The position numbers were made by a program, and so were the translations under genes. The notes below the pieces were generated by a model, which made no database searches, was not told the DNA's origin, and saw nothing but the letters and a program-made list of their open reading frames with translations. DNA of 64,000 nt. Source: a phage. Where the stretch lies: sequence record PZ452583.1; one strand, given 5' to 3'. Each line of letters starts with the position of its first letter. Position 1 is the stretch's first letter. Below, one piece after another: positions 9,431 through 19,901 of this stretch.

Positions 9431-10446
9431 TGTGTTGCCTCTACATATAGCTGGTTTGCATATTGAATAAGTGCTTCACGGTCAGAATCAGTGATGTCTG
9501 GAATTGCATTAATGTATTCTTCCATCAACGTCTGAAGAGATTGAACTTCAACTTCTTCACTGTCATCTGACTCGACAGAGTTATCAATCTTTGACACAAC
9601 TCGTAATGAATGCACAACTTTTTCTAGTTCAGATTCGAACTTCGTCAGATTTTTGTCTACTTCAGTTACTATAACACGTACTGATAGATTTGTAAAATCT
9701 TTATAGTCAATTTTTCCTTTAAATGGATAATGAATTCTACGATGCCAGGTAGTATTGTTTGGAATAAATTCCATTCGTTCTGTTTCTGTATCAAACATCC
9801 AGAACCCACGAGGGTCATTCTCGTCACCTGCAGTTAGTGTCCATGGTGTCCCAATATATCTGACGTTAGCAGCCTCAGAGATAGTATGGAAGTGACCAGA
9901 CCACACTTCTTTATAAGTCTTAAGGAAATCAGGTTCAAGACCATGAGATTTCATTCCTTTATAAAAATAAAATCCGTTCAGTTCCCAGTGACCAACGCAA
10001 AAAGAAGCAGATGAAGTTTTGATGTGTTCAAGAATTTCACCAGTATTTTCTTCACACATCCAAGGAATTAAATCAATTAAACATCCGTCAAAATCTACTG
10101 TAGTAGGCTTATCATATACTTTAACATTAGGATATTTAGCCAAAAGCTCAGTAGAGGCATTTGGATGCATTACATTTTTGTAGTGGAGATCGTGATTTCC
10201 TACAATAGTATGTAATGTGATTCCAGCATCATCAAGCATTTGAACTATTTCGCGAGCGAACTCCATAGTTTTATGCGTGATTGCTTTTCGCACATCAAAA
10301 ATATCGCCGTATTGAATCCATGTAGTAATTCCATTTTTCTTAGAATATTCTATTGCTTGTTTAATTCCATCAATTTGAATACCGCGAATCCACTCATCAT
10401 CAGCTTTAACGCCTAAATGCCAATCACCTAAATTTAAAATTTTCAT
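9427..10446 (-). CDS. 47: Recombination nuclease subunit gp47 (Mre11-like phosphoesterase)
   Basis: ORF track 339 aa (T4 size); phosphoesterase motifs GDWHLG and GNHD. Confidence 0.92.
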   Translation of the reverse strand: MKILNLGDWHLGVKADDEWIRGIQIDGIKQAIEYSKKNGITTWIQYGDIFDVRKAITHKTMEFAREIVQMLDDAGITLHTIVGNHDLHYKNVMHPNASTELLAKYPNVKVYDKPTTVDFDGCLIDLIPWMCEENTGEILEHIKTSSASFCVGHWELNGFYFYKGMKSHGLEPDFLKTYKEVWSGHFHTISEAANVRYIGTPWTLTAGDENDPRGFWMFDTETERMEFIPNNTTWHRRIHYPFKGKIDYKDFTNLSVRVIVTEVDKNLTKFESELEKVVHSLRVVSKIDNSVESDDSEEVEVQSLQTLMEEYINAIPDITDSDREALIQYANQLYVEATQ

Positions 10447-10622
10447 ATATCAAGAACCGTCATTGAAATGCAAAATAAAATTATTGAAATAAACCCATCT
10501 GGTGTGCTAAAGAACCCAATCCAACATGCTCTAGTGAATAGATAAAATGCAAGAAAAAGTATCACATATCCAAGAAATATCATTATATCAAACTCCGTAT
10601 AAAGCTAAAGGGCCGAAGCCCT

Positions 10623-11825
10623 TTATTTTGTAATAATGTCAAACTGTTCTTTAAAGCAGAAGCTTGAATCTTGATGCTGATACAAAAATTCATAAGCTTT
10701 TTCGCGTTCACGGTCATAAAGAGTTCGGTCAGATGACAGTTCTTTAATACGCTCGAATGTTGATTCCATGTCATTTTCATCAAACCAAATGATACCGCTA
10801 TCATGCGAGGTCAAAGGAGTATTATCAACACGGAATTTTAAATTTTCGCCAGTAGATTTCCAAAATACCGGAATTGTTCCACATGCACCAAGCTCGAGAT
10901 GAGTATATTCTAAAGAACGTTGTAGATATTTTTTGTCCAACTTACTCAGCTGATAACCAAAACCGGATTTACTCATGCGTTCAAGCATTTCGCTATTTAC
11001 ATAACGGTCAAGAATTTGCGTTGGCAAATTAGGAGCAATTTTAATTTGGTCTACTTGATGAAGACGATAATACTCGTATGGAATTCCTTTTTCTTTAATA
11101 GGAATGAACGCTGGAGAACGTTCCAGACCTTCCATAATAGTACTTAGTCCTGCAGGTTTAAGATGTTTTTCATGAAAATCAAACATCTGATAAAAACCTT
11201 TCCATGTAGTCGTACGACCAATCCAACGGTTGATATTCATGTTAATTTCAGAAACATCTTTCCAGTAGGTTGACCGAACCTTCGCAATATCCATAGGAGG
11301 CTGAAAGTTATATACTGTCGGTGCTTCTTCAATATCATCAAACAGAGAAACTGTTTCAGGATACCATTCTTTCATCAGAACTTTATTAAAATCACCATTA
11401 TCAGAATGGCTAAAAATAACATCAGCTCGACGAACAGTTTCTTCTAATCCCAAATTTCGGCGCAAAGAAAGAGAAGAATGGTCATGTTGATAAACTACAA
11501 CACGAACAGAAGGTTTAATGTTATCAATAATTTTTTTATAGTTATTAATAGTGTCTTCTTCAACCGAAGTAGCAGGAACTGAATTGATAATTAGAATATC
11601 ACAATCATTTACCAGCTTAAGTGTTTTATCATATTCTTTTGCCAATAAAACCGGAATTGAAAATGATTTATAATCATGCGCGCAATTACGAGTAAATGAT
11701 TTATCTTTAGCATAAACCAAAGTTACTTCATGACCATTTTTAATAAACCAATCACGTTGCTCGAGTGAGAATTTTGTTACACCACAACCTTCAAGACCTC
11801 GAGCCATAAAAATACATACTTTCAT
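10623..11825 (-). CDS. a-gt: DNA alpha-glucosyltransferase
   Basis: ORF track 400 aa; N-terminus MKVCIFMARGLEGCGVTKFSLEQRDWFIKNGHEVTLVYAKDKSF closely matches T4 alpha-gt as recalled. Confidence 0.92.
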   Translation of the reverse strand: MKVCIFMARGLEGCGVTKFSLEQRDWFIKNGHEVTLVYAKDKSFTRNCAHDYKSFSIPVLLAKEYDKTLKLVNDCDILIINSVPATSVEEDTINNYKKIIDNIKPSVRVVVYQHDHSSLSLRRNLGLEETVRRADVIFSHSDNGDFNKVLMKEWYPETVSLFDDIEEAPTVYNFQPPMDIAKVRSTYWKDVSEINMNINRWIGRTTTWKGFYQMFDFHEKHLKPAGLSTIMEGLERSPAFIPIKEKGIPYEYYRLHQVDQIKIAPNLPTQILDRYVNSEMLERMSKSGFGYQLSKLDKKYLQRSLEYTHLELGACGTIPVFWKSTGENLKFRVDNTPLTSHDSGIIWFDENDMESTFERIKELSSDRTLYDREREKAYEFLYQHQDSSFCFKEQFDIITK

Positions 11826-12068
11826 TTAATATCCTCTTTGTTTTGGTTTATTTTACCAAAAATTTATAAAGCAATATAGGAGCCGAAGCTCCTATCCACA
11901 TAATACGCCATACAGAGGCTCATTAGAACTTTTAAATTTTATGCGCTTATATTTTATAGTTCCTTCTGCTTTAGCTTTATCATGAGACTCTTTAAAGAGT
12001 CTCATGATTTCCTCTTTAGAGGAACGAATTTTATTATAATCTATTTCAGAAGTCTGGGTGTTCATCTT

Positions 12069-12275
12069 TCATAACTGCCACCATTTTTTGACTTGATAAG
12101 AATCAACCCACACTTTCATATTAGGGTCTGCTCTTACAATAGGAGGATTAACTTCTTTAATTGAACTATCATGGTATTCTTTTTCAGAAATTTTCACACA
12201 AAGATGACCATTCAAAGATTCAGTAAATCCTGCATTAATTTTAAGACGCTTGAATTTTACGTGTGTAAGCATCAA
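12069..12275 (-). CDS. Hypothetical protein
   Basis: ORF track 68 aa; co-directional early-gene array between 55 and a-gt. Confidence 0.45.
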   Translation of the reverse strand: MMLTHVKFKRLKINAGFTESLNGHLCVKISEKEYHDSSIKEVNPPIVRADPNMKVWVDSYQVKKWWQL

Positions 12276-12558
12276 TCATATCCTCAATTTGCGATCTAGT
12301 AGTCTTCCAAAGAATACTGATGAGTTCATCGTTATATGGCTGTTTTAGAATATCCCGACTTTTCTTGATAGCATATTCGTATTGAGCAAAATTATTGTTT
12401 TCAGCTGCGATCTGAGCGTGCTTATAAAGACGATTCAGTTCGCGTTTGTTTTTAGACAATAACTTATTTGCTTTTCTTTCTGCTTCAAGACGGTTCTTTT
12501 CTTCAATAGAAGAAATAAGCTTTTCCACTTCATCATTAATTTCGGGTTTATCAGTCAT
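12241..12558 (-). CDS. Hypothetical protein (charged, helical)
   Basis: ORF track 105 aa. Confidence 0.55.
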   Translation of the reverse strand: MTDKPEINDEVEKLISSIEEKNRLEAERKANKLLSKNKRELNRLYKHAQIAAENNNFAQYEYAIKKSRDILKQPYNDELISILWKTTRSQIEDMIDAYTRKIQAS

Positions 12559-12559
12559 A

Positions 12560-12778
12560 TTATTTCTCTAATATAAAATAAAAATCATCATCTGTTAAAT
12601 GATACCTGTAATTTAATTCTACACCATTAGATTTAAAAGCGGTATCATACGGATTTTCTGGATCAATATCAATGTCAAGAGCTAAAACTTCCCTGAGATA
12701 CATTTTAAGTAAATAGGGAATAGCTTCAACTTCAGGTATTTCTTCCAAGAATCCGGAGAGGTTAATCGTTAGCCTCAT
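12560..12778 (-). CDS. Hypothetical protein
   Basis: ORF track 72 aa. Confidence 0.5.
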
Positions 12779-13319
12779 ATAAAAAATCCAAACTAGGAGA
12801 ATCGTCTACAACACTTTTCTTTTCAGCCCCCGGTGTTCTATAGGTTGATTCTTCGTAATGCGTCATTTTATCGTAGATGTCTTGAATAAAAGTTTCATCT
12901 ACTAACGCAACCATATCGTCGTCACGACTGTCATAGACATTGTGAACGAAGTAACTATATTTCTTTGCAACTTCCTTACGTTCTTTTTTAATACGCTGGA
13001 CGAATGCATTAAAACAAGCTTGAGTTATATATGCATGTGGGTTTTTATATTTCGTTTCATCAAAATTATGAAGCCCCTTAATAGAAGCTTCTATACCATC
13101 TGCAATCATTTCTTGTTTCCAAGACTGGGTGTATCCTGAAAAGTTGAAACGTTTAGATAAGCCTTCTGCAATAAGCATAATGGCTAATCCGATAGTATCA
13201 TTCTGACGAACTACTTTATTTGGGTCTTTATTATTTGCTAATTCTGTTTTCCAATCAATAATAGCTTGTAAAAGCTCTTTATTGTTTACGTAATTATATT
13301 TAGGCTTAGTTTCTGACAT
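12762..13319 (-). CDS. 55: Late-transcription sigma factor gp55
   Basis: ORF track 187 aa; supported start is ATG 13319..13317 ([17 protein letters not shown], 185 aa as in T4) after AAGAGGTGAA. Confidence 0.88.
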
Positions 13320-13397
13320 TTTCACCTCTTAGCTCAATTCATAGATCTATTATATCATAATATTTGAAGATCTATCTTAAAGCATAGAGGATATCAG

Positions 13398-13667
13398 TTA
13401 TCTAAGTAAACAGTATGCTTGGAACACTTTCTCCATCATCTTTTTAAATTCATGAATATCTATATAATGACTAGTTAAATCAGCATGATATAAAAAGTCT
13501 AAAAACTTTTCATGTGTGCTAACATATTCACTTTCATTTAATTCAGAAACATGACTTTCCCAATATCCAACACCAGTCTTATTTGGGAAAAATGAAATTT
13601 TCATGTATTGGTCAACATAGAAAATGCCATAATTTTCAATAGTAATAGAAATATTAATAAATTTCAT
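13398..13667 (-). CDS. Hypothetical protein
   Basis: ORF track 89 aa. Confidence 0.5.
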   Translation of the reverse strand: MKFINISITIENYGIFYVDQYMKISFFPNKTGVGYWESHVSELNESEYVSTHEKFLDFLYHADLTSHYIDIHEFKKMMEKVFQAYCLLR

Positions 13668-13879
13668 ACATTCATCAACTTAGCCGCTTCAAGAGCTGCA
13701 TCTAGTGAATCAAATTGGTCAACATATTCAATCAATTCGCCATAATTGGCATATAACCACCATTGGCTAAATTCATACTCAAGGATGAATCCGTTTCCTT
13801 CAATTTGAGTTAAACCAATGCCATTTGTATTTACTTCATACCCAGCAAGACGTAAATCGTTAATAAGAGCTTCGTTCAT
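13664..13879 (-). CDS. Hypothetical protein (acidic)
   Basis: ORF track 71 aa; start/stop overlap with neighbours. Confidence 0.5.
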   Translation of the reverse strand: MNEALINDLRLAGYEVNTNGIGLTQIEGNGFILEYEFSQWWLYANYGELIEYVDQFDSLDAALEAAKLMNV

Positions 13880-13881
13880 AA

Positions 13882-14208
13882 TTATACCTTAGTAATTTTC
13901 AGGTCTGCAAATTTTTTCTTGCGTTGATTTTTCATACGACGAATAGTTTTATCGGAAATTTCATGCTTTTGATAAGCTTTAGATTCTACGCCAAAAGCTT
14001 TAACATCAAATTCTGACAAGATATATTGAACCAACAATTCACGGACAGTATTGCGTCCAATCTTCTGATCATTCTGTTTCATCGTCTGATGAAGCTCTTT
14101 TTCCCATTTATCCAAAATTTGAGGAGTTACAATATCGCCTTTTTCTAGCAAAGAAACTACTTTATCATATGCGTAAGAATTGATGGCGTTTTTAATTTGA
14201 ATAGTCAT
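13882..14208 (-). CDS. Hypothetical protein (basic C-terminus)
   Basis: ORF track 108 aa. Confidence 0.55.
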   Translation of the reverse strand: MTIQIKNAINSYAYDKVVSLLEKGDIVTPQILDKWEKELHQTMKQNDQKIGRNTVRELLVQYILSEFDVKAFGVESKAYQKHEISDKTIRRMKNQRKKKFADLKITKV

Positions 14209-14259
14209 ACATTATCCTCAATTGCATTAAAATTTTATTATCCAAAAGGGCCGAAGCCC

Positions 14260-14460
14260 TTAGCTAAACTTTTTGGCACCCTTCCAGCCTTCGTACATCA
14301 TTGCGGCTGATATTAATATTGCTCCTGAGCAACTTGAATATTTGTGATTCCAAAACCAGTTTAGAAAAACTTCATCATCAATACCTTGGGCTATCATATT
14401 TTCAAAGAACTGACGACGAGCTTCGGCAATTCGTTGTGATAATTTAGATTCAGGATTCAT
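14260..14460 (-). CDS. Hypothetical protein
   Basis: ORF track 66 aa; stop overlapped by a C(UUCG)G hairpin at 14246..14261. Confidence 0.5.
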   Translation of the reverse strand: MNPESKLSQRIAEARRQFFENMIAQGIDDEVFLNWFWNHKYSSCSGAILISAAMMYEGWKGAKKFS

Positions 14461-14592
14461 TTAAATTTTCCAGTTACCATTTTCATCAATAAATTTAATC
14501 CAGTCATTTACTGACCACTTAGTTGTATCGCCTTTTGGAGTAACATTTAAAGTGTATAACCCCTGCTTAAAAAGCATTCGTTTAATATTCAT
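14461..14592 (-). CDS. Hypothetical small protein (43 aa)
   Basis: Track ORF 14461..14676 overlaps the upstream gene; internal ATG 14592..14590 is preceded by GAGGAAAAT. Confidence 0.35.
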   Translation of the reverse strand: MNIKRMLFKQGLYTLNVTPKGDTTKWSVNDWIKFIDENGNWKI

Positions 14593-14599
14593 ATTTTCC

Positions 14600-14893
14600 T
14601 CAGCTGTAACGATAACATTCGTTTGATTTGCGCTTAGCAACTCGTTGAGATGTATTATAATCAAAATCATCGTCAATGTAAACTGATTTTTTCAACTTTC
14701 TTACTTCACCACGCAGTTGACGATTCAATTCATTCTTAACCTCTGAATCAACACCTCGCATACGTCGCCATTTATCTGAACGAAAAATGTTTTCAACCAT
14801 ATCTTTATGACTTACCCCATCAGGAGCTTTACGCTTTCCGAAATAGTCATAATCACGAACTTTCAAGTCTTTACGACGATACGTTTTACCCAT
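14600..14893 (-). CDS. Hypothetical basic protein
   Basis: Track ORF 14600..14938; supported start ATG 14893..14891 (MGKTYRRKDL) after AAGGAAA; Lys/Arg-rich. Confidence 0.5.
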   Translation of the reverse strand: MGKTYRRKDLKVRDYDYFGKRKAPDGVSHKDMVENIFRSDKWRRMRGVDSEVKNELNRQLRGEVRKLKKSVYIDDDFDYNTSQRVAKRKSNECYRYS

Positions 14894-15068
14894 GGAGTTT
14901 AATTTCCTTAGCAACTGAACTAAATACAGCACGATCACAAATCATGTGTTTATGTAACTTAAGTATAAGATAATAAACATCATAACCATTTACGTAAGTA
15001 ACACGAACAACATTACCATTAATAAAATAATATTGTCCCTTTTTAATTTCTTTATCAACCACAACCAT
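14886..15068 (-). CDS. Hypothetical protein
   Basis: ORF track 60 aa; ATG 15068 after GAGGA; early-promoter-like element upstream at about 15090..15128. Confidence 0.5.
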   Translation of the reverse strand: MVVVDKEIKKGQYYFINGNVVRVTYVNGYDVYYLILKLHKHMICDRAVFSSVAKEIKLHG

Positions 15069-15226
15069 ATCAAATCCTCAAAGGCAATTCATATGTTAAT
15101 AATACCACGGTTTGAACTTGTTGTAAACAACTTTGTGAAAATTATTTTAGGGAATGATAAGAAGGGAACGATAGCTTAGAATGGTAATATACAGAATGTA
15201 AGAAAGAAAGGCCCAGAAGGCCCGTC

Positions 15227-15550
15227 TTAGTCTTCTATGATATCTCTATCATATCCAAGTGAAATGAGAGTTTCTTTGAAGTGTTTAATGTTCTTTTGTC
15301 TAGAATCATTAATGAAAATGACTGGATAACGAATGTTAAGAGATGTGAATCCAGCGCGTTTAGCAAGAGATACAATCAGCGGACGATCATACTCAATCTT
15401 ACCATTATTTGTAAGAACTTTATAGAAAGTAAAAGGAGCATTGAGCTCCTTTAGAAGTTTTGTAACTGATTGACATCCAGGACAACGACCAACTTCATCT
15501 GGAATTCCGTAGACTTCAATCTTATTCTTTAAGTTCGAGTTTTGTTCCAC
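15227..15550 (-). CDS. nrdH: Glutaredoxin-like protein (CPGC active site), NrdH-like
   Basis: ORF track 15227..15679; CxxC motif GRCPGCQ; start uncertain (candidate GTG at 15550 just after the upstream stop); T4 nrdH position. Confidence 0.5.
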   Translation of the reverse strand: MEQNSNLKNKIEVYGIPDEVGRCPGCQSVTKLLKELNAPFTFYKVLTNNGKIEYDRPLIVSLAKRAGFTSLNIRYPVIFINDSRQKNIKHFKETLISLGYDRDIIED

Positions 15551-15833
15551 GAGAAATAATTCCTTGGTAAGCCCAATAAGGAGGATTAACAGAATCCTCA
15601 CCAGAGTTTTCTTCAGGAAAATAAACCTGGATAACGAAGCCGGATTCATCAAAGGTGAAATAAGTAGTAGGCAGTTCACCTAACAAATCGGCACGAGCGT
15701 TGATTTCTTCGAGGTCTTGTTCACGTCCAGCCCAGAAGCTTGGGTTCAGACTACATTCATAGAAATAATAGTCATTACCGAACATATCAAAACCATTCCA
15801 ACTCTCTACTACATACCGCTCAAAACTAATCAT
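15522..15833 (-). CDS. Hypothetical protein
   Basis: ORF track 103 aa. Confidence 0.5.
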   Translation of the reverse strand: MISFERYVVESWNGFDMFGNDYYFYECSLNPSFWAGREQDLEEINARADLLGELPTTYFTFDESGFVIQVYFPEENSGEDSVNPPYWAYQGIISRGTKLELKE

Positions 15834-15835
15834 AA

Positions 15836-16051
15836 TTAAGCCTTTTTATCAAGAACAGCATTCAGCTTGTTAGTAATTTTATCCAGACGCTTATTGAACT
15901 CACTAGAAGATAAGCCCTTTTCTGGAGAAATTAAACTAATCACGAAAAATATAGCAATAAAAGGAATAAGGAAAATAGCTCCAACTGCCATAAACAGAAA
16001 GAATGTTACAGTTGTAAGAAAATCAGCTAAACCTTTACGAAATTTATACAT
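15836..16051 (-). CDS. Hypothetical membrane protein
   Basis: ORF track 71 aa; hydrophobic stretch FLFMAVGAIFLIPFIAIFFVISLI. Confidence 0.55.
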   Translation of the reverse strand: MYKFRKGLADFLTTVTFFLFMAVGAIFLIPFIAIFFVISLISPEKGLSSSEFNKRLDKITNKLNAVLDKKA

Positions 16052-16165
16052 ATTTACCCTTAATTAATTAACCAAGCATTGATAAGCACTAAACTATATT
16101 GCGAATAAAATTCTGGACCAAAATGAAAAATCATATCATTTATAGTATCCATAATGTAATTCAAT

Positions 16166-16636
16166 TTAATCATGTGTCCACACCCCATCGGTATTTGACC
16201 AAAGTCGCTGATTATCTGATCCTCGCCACAGCTTTTTGGTCGGAAGATTTTTCTCATACTTCCCATCAATAATAACATCAACATATTTAAGCATTTCTAG
16301 TTGTTTAATATCTTCAAACTTATATCCTGTCCACAACCAAATGCTTTTATTGGGATAAAGATTTTTAATAGTTTGAACCACAGAGTGAATCACGTCTCTG
16401 TTATCAGGATAAAGAGGGTCACCTCCGGTTATAGTTAATCCTTCTATATAATCATTATTCAAACATTCAATCAATTGTTCTAGTGTTTCACCAGTGAATG
16501 GAATACCATTTCTAGCATTCCATGTTGATTTATTATAACACCCTTCGCATTTATGCAAACAACCTGTAACGAAAAGAACGACCCTGCATCCAGGGCCATT
16601 CACAAAATCACAGGGATAAAATCTATCATAATTCAT
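16166..16636 (-). CDS. nrdG: Anaerobic ribonucleotide reductase activating protein (radical SAM)
   Basis: ORF track 156 aa (T4 size); CxxxCxxC motif CLHKCEGC. Confidence 0.9.
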   Translation of the reverse strand: MNYDRFYPCDFVNGPGCRVVLFVTGCLHKCEGCYNKSTWNARNGIPFTGETLEQLIECLNNDYIEGLTITGGDPLYPDNRDVIHSVVQTIKNLYPNKSIWLWTGYKFEDIKQLEMLKYVDVIIDGKYEKNLPTKKLWRGSDNQRLWSNTDGVWTHD

Positions 16637-18450
16637 TGGTGTTTAACCCTATGCATGATTTCTTTATTTTTACCGAGATTAAATCCGCGCTCGTTCGGAT
16701 TTCCCAAATAACCACATGTTCTTCTTATGGTATTCATCTTTTTAGGATCAGTTTCTCCACAAATAGAACAAACAAATCCGTTTTCAGTAGGAGTCATTTC
16801 ATGGGTACTTCCGCATGTAAAACACTTATCTACTGGCATGTTAACACCAAAATAATCTAAATGTTGTGCAGCATAATCCCACACGGCCTCAAGACCTTTT
16901 AAGTTATTTTTCATATCAGGAAGTTCAACATAAGAAATGTGACCACCTGTCGCAATGAAATGATATGGTGCTTCACGAGAAATCTTTTCAAACGGAGTAA
17001 CATTTTCTTCTACTGAAACGTGGAAACTGTTAGTGTACCAGCCTTTATCAGTAACATCCTTTACACTTCCATATTTTTCGGTATCAAGTTTACAGAAGCG
17101 ATAACACAAGTTTTCAGCAGGAGTAGAATACAAACTAAAAGCAAATCCGGTTCTTTCAGTCCATTGTTTAAGATGAGTATTCATTTTAGTTAAAATTTCT
17201 TGTCCAATATCACGACCGACAAGAATATTCAATTCGTGAATACCAATGTATCCTAGAGACACTGAACTTCTACCGTTTTTAAATAACTCAATTATGTCGC
17301 CATCAGGTTTAAGACGAACCCCGAATGCACCTTCTTGGTAAAGAATAGGAGCAACAGTTGCTTTAACTCCTTTTAAGGAACTAATTCTACACATCAAAGC
17401 TTCAAAACATAAATCCATTCGTTCATTGAACAATTCAACAAATTTCTGTTCATTGAATTGTGTTCCAATATAAGAATCTAACGCGATGCGAGGAAGATTC
17501 AATGTTACAACACCAAGATTATTACGTCCATCAAGAATTTCATTGCCAGTCGAATCTTTCCATACGCTCAAGAAACTACGGCAACCCATCGGAGAAACAG
17601 GAACAGATGAACCAGTGATAGCTTTATTGTTCTTAGCTGAAATAATATCAGGATACATCCTTTTGCTTGCACACTCTAGAGCAAGCTGCTTAATATCATA
17701 GTTCGGATCATCTTTATAAAGATTAACACCTTCTTCGACGAACATAACAAGCTTAGGGAAAATAGGAGTTATCCCATCACGACCGAGACCTTTAATACGA
17801 TTTTTCAGAATTGCTTTCTGAATCATTCGTTCAGTCCAGTCAGTTCCCGTACCAAATGTAATTGTTACAAAAGGAGTCTGTCCGTTTGAACTAAAGAGAG
17901 TATTTACTTCATATTCATACGCTTGGAATGCATCGTATACATCTTTTTCTGTTTTAGATTGAGCATAATTTAACGCATCAGCGATTTGCCATTTTTCTGC
18001 ATCCTCAATATGTTTTGCATAGGTGCGTTTAACATAAGGAGAAAGTACTTTATCTACATTAGCAAAAGTCGTTCCGCCATATTGATGGGAAGCAACTTGC
18101 GCAGTAATTTGTGCCATAATTGCAGTAGCAACACCGATTGATTTAGGAGTTTCAATCTGCGCATTACCAAGCTTAAATCCTTTCTCAAGCATTCCTTTTA
18201 AATCTACTAAACAACAATTAGTAAATGGAAGAGCAGGGGAATAATCAATATCGTGGAAATGGATAATTCCGCTTTCATGCGCTTTCATAATAAAAGACGG
18301 GACCATATTTTTGGCAATGTGTTTAGACACAATACCAGCCATAAGGTCCCGTTGAGTTGGAAAAACACGAGAATCTTTATTAGCATTCTCGTTTAAAAGG
18401 TCTTTATTAGTTTTATGAATCAATCCTTCAATTTCTTTTTCAATTGTCAT
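16633..18450 (-). CDS. nrdD: Anaerobic ribonucleoside-triphosphate reductase (glycyl radical enzyme), uninterrupted
   Basis: ORF track 605 aa continuous; C-terminal glycyl-radical motif RRTCGYLG. Confidence 0.95.
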   Translation of the reverse strand: MTIEKEIEGLIHKTNKDLLNENANKDSRVFPTQRDLMAGIVSKHIAKNMVPSFIMKAHESGIIHFHDIDYSPALPFTNCCLVDLKGMLEKGFKLGNAQIETPKSIGVATAIMAQITAQVASHQYGGTTFANVDKVLSPYVKRTYAKHIEDAEKWQIADALNYAQSKTEKDVYDAFQAYEYEVNTLFSSNGQTPFVTITFGTGTDWTERMIQKAILKNRIKGLGRDGITPIFPKLVMFVEEGVNLYKDDPNYDIKQLALECASKRMYPDIISAKNNKAITGSSVPVSPMGCRSFLSVWKDSTGNEILDGRNNLGVVTLNLPRIALDSYIGTQFNEQKFVELFNERMDLCFEALMCRISSLKGVKATVAPILYQEGAFGVRLKPDGDIIELFKNGRSSVSLGYIGIHELNILVGRDIGQEILTKMNTHLKQWTERTGFAFSLYSTPAENLCYRFCKLDTEKYGSVKDVTDKGWYTNSFHVSVEENVTPFEKISREAPYHFIATGGHISYVELPDMKNNLKGLEAVWDYAAQHLDYFGVNMPVDKCFTCGSTHEMTPTENGFVCSICGETDPKKMNTIRRTCGYLGNPNERGFNLGKNKEIMHRVKHQ

Positions 18451-18920
18451 TTTAAACTCTTTCTAAGCTGCTTCTTAAATGAAGCTATTAATTGTGTTTT
18501 AGTGTCAGATTCATTATATTCAAATCCTCTTTGAAGCATCTCAGCCATCATTTCCTCTTTTCCTAAACGAGAAAATTCCTTTGATTTATCTCCAACAAAG
18601 TTAGGGTGAATATTATTTTGGGTGTAATCGGATTTTAAATAAGTAAGTAAATTTTCTAACCATTCAAGATAATCAACACCTTGCCCCTTTAAGCCAGAAC
18701 GATTAAATTTATGTTTCATTTGACCTTCTGCGGCATTGCAGAGATTACAAAGCAATCCACGTACCTTTCCTGCTTTTGGTCCATTTAATTCATGGTCATG
18801 ATCAAGATGATTAGCTTGAACATCAGGATTTAGTTCTCGTTGGCAAATTAAACATTTACCATTTTGTGCATCATAAAATTTCTGTTTTTCTTCTTTATAT
18901 AATTTGCCAGTCAATAACAT
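18447..18920 (-). CDS. 49: Endonuclease VII (Holliday junction resolvase) gp49
   Basis: ORF track 157 aa (T4 size); Cys-rich zinc site CLICQ...CNLCN. Confidence 0.9.
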   Translation of the reverse strand: MLLTGKLYKEEKQKFYDAQNGKCLICQRELNPDVQANHLDHDHELNGPKAGKVRGLLCNLCNAAEGQMKHKFNRSGLKGQGVDYLEWLENLLTYLKSDYTQNNIHPNFVGDKSKEFSRLGKEEMMAEMLQRGFEYNESDTKTQLIASFKKQLRKSLK

Positions 18921-18961
18921 AATAAACCCTTACCTTAAATAGATAAGGGTATTTATTATTT

Positions 18962-19447
18962 TCAAGTATTGTAAAACACTTGATTCAATCGCTTATATTG
19001 CCGAATCTTTTGGTCAGAAAAAGAAATTTGGGTTTCAAGCCATTCAATATATTCTGCCGCAGCTTGCATCAAATTTCCTTCATAGCCATCGTTATTTTCT
19101 TGTGCAGCTAATTTAGCTAATGCATATGAAATACGTTCACCTTGAAAATCGGCTTTAGGCTTCTGAACAACTTGATTAGTTCTATCTACAACTTCTTCAA
19201 TTTCGCCATTTTCTACTGATTCAGTATTCCACAAGCACCAATACGTAATTGGCTTATCGTAGATGTTAATAATCTTTCCATCAGAAAGTTCAATTTCAAT
19301 AATTCCAGTATCAGGCTCTATATCATCTTCACATTCTTTTGCAAGTTCACGAACTTTAAAGACAGTACCTGCACTAAGTTCCGGCCAGTAATTACACAGC
19401 CCTGTATCAGCACGATTAATTCTAAACCACTTATCTACTGTAATCAT
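18962..19447 (-). CDS. pin: Protease inhibitor Pin (T4 pin position)
   Basis: Track ORF 18962..19465; supported start ATG 19447..19445 (MITVDKWF, 161 aa); follows gene 49 as in T4. Confidence 0.65.
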   Translation of the reverse strand: MITVDKWFRINRADTGLCNYWPELSAGTVFKVRELAKECEDDIEPDTGIIEIELSDGKIINIYDKPITYWCLWNTESVENGEIEEVVDRTNQVVQKPKADFQGERISYALAKLAAQENNDGYEGNLMQAAAEYIEWLETQISFSDQKIRQYKRLNQVFYNT

Positions 19448-19570
19448 GTCCCATCTCCATATCAATTAAGTCATTTATCGTTGGTTCATTATATATTGTT
19501 TCTTCATCAGTGTAAACCGGTTCTTCCGGCTCTGGCTCTACAGTTTCCCATCTAGCCGCCCACCAAGGTT

Positions 19571-19891
19571 TTATAGCGTAATCCATTCTCGTACTGTCTG
19601 AGTTACTACACGTTCACGGGGCTCGACTAGTTCAACAGTCGGAACTGCATAATACCAATCAGAATGATAAGAACCTGACCGAGATTCATTTACAGCCACA
19701 TGTACATTATGTTTTGGACTAAAGTAAACACACTGACGATATTGACATTTACCATCTTGCACCCAGTCTTCTATTTCGACAGGTTTAAGATAATCGGAAA
19801 AATCGAAATCATAGTTTTCCGAAAATGCATCATGGTCTTCAATGATTTCGCTCAGAACTGCATCAACATCTAATTTATTTTCAATAGTCAT
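19571..19891 (-). CDS. Hypothetical protein
   Basis: ORF track 106 aa. Confidence 0.55.
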   Translation of the reverse strand: MTIENKLDVDAVLSEIIEDHDAFSENYDFDFSDYLKPVEIEDWVQDGKCQYRQCVYFSPKHNVHVAVNESRSGSYHSDWYYAVPTVELVEPRERVVTQTVREWITL

Positions 19892-19901
19892 TTTTCACCA
19901 A

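Noticed and set aside
16633-18450. Group I intron or intron-encoded endonuclease within nrdD
   Set aside because: The NrdD frame is continuous for 605 codons with no interruption or embedded ORF.
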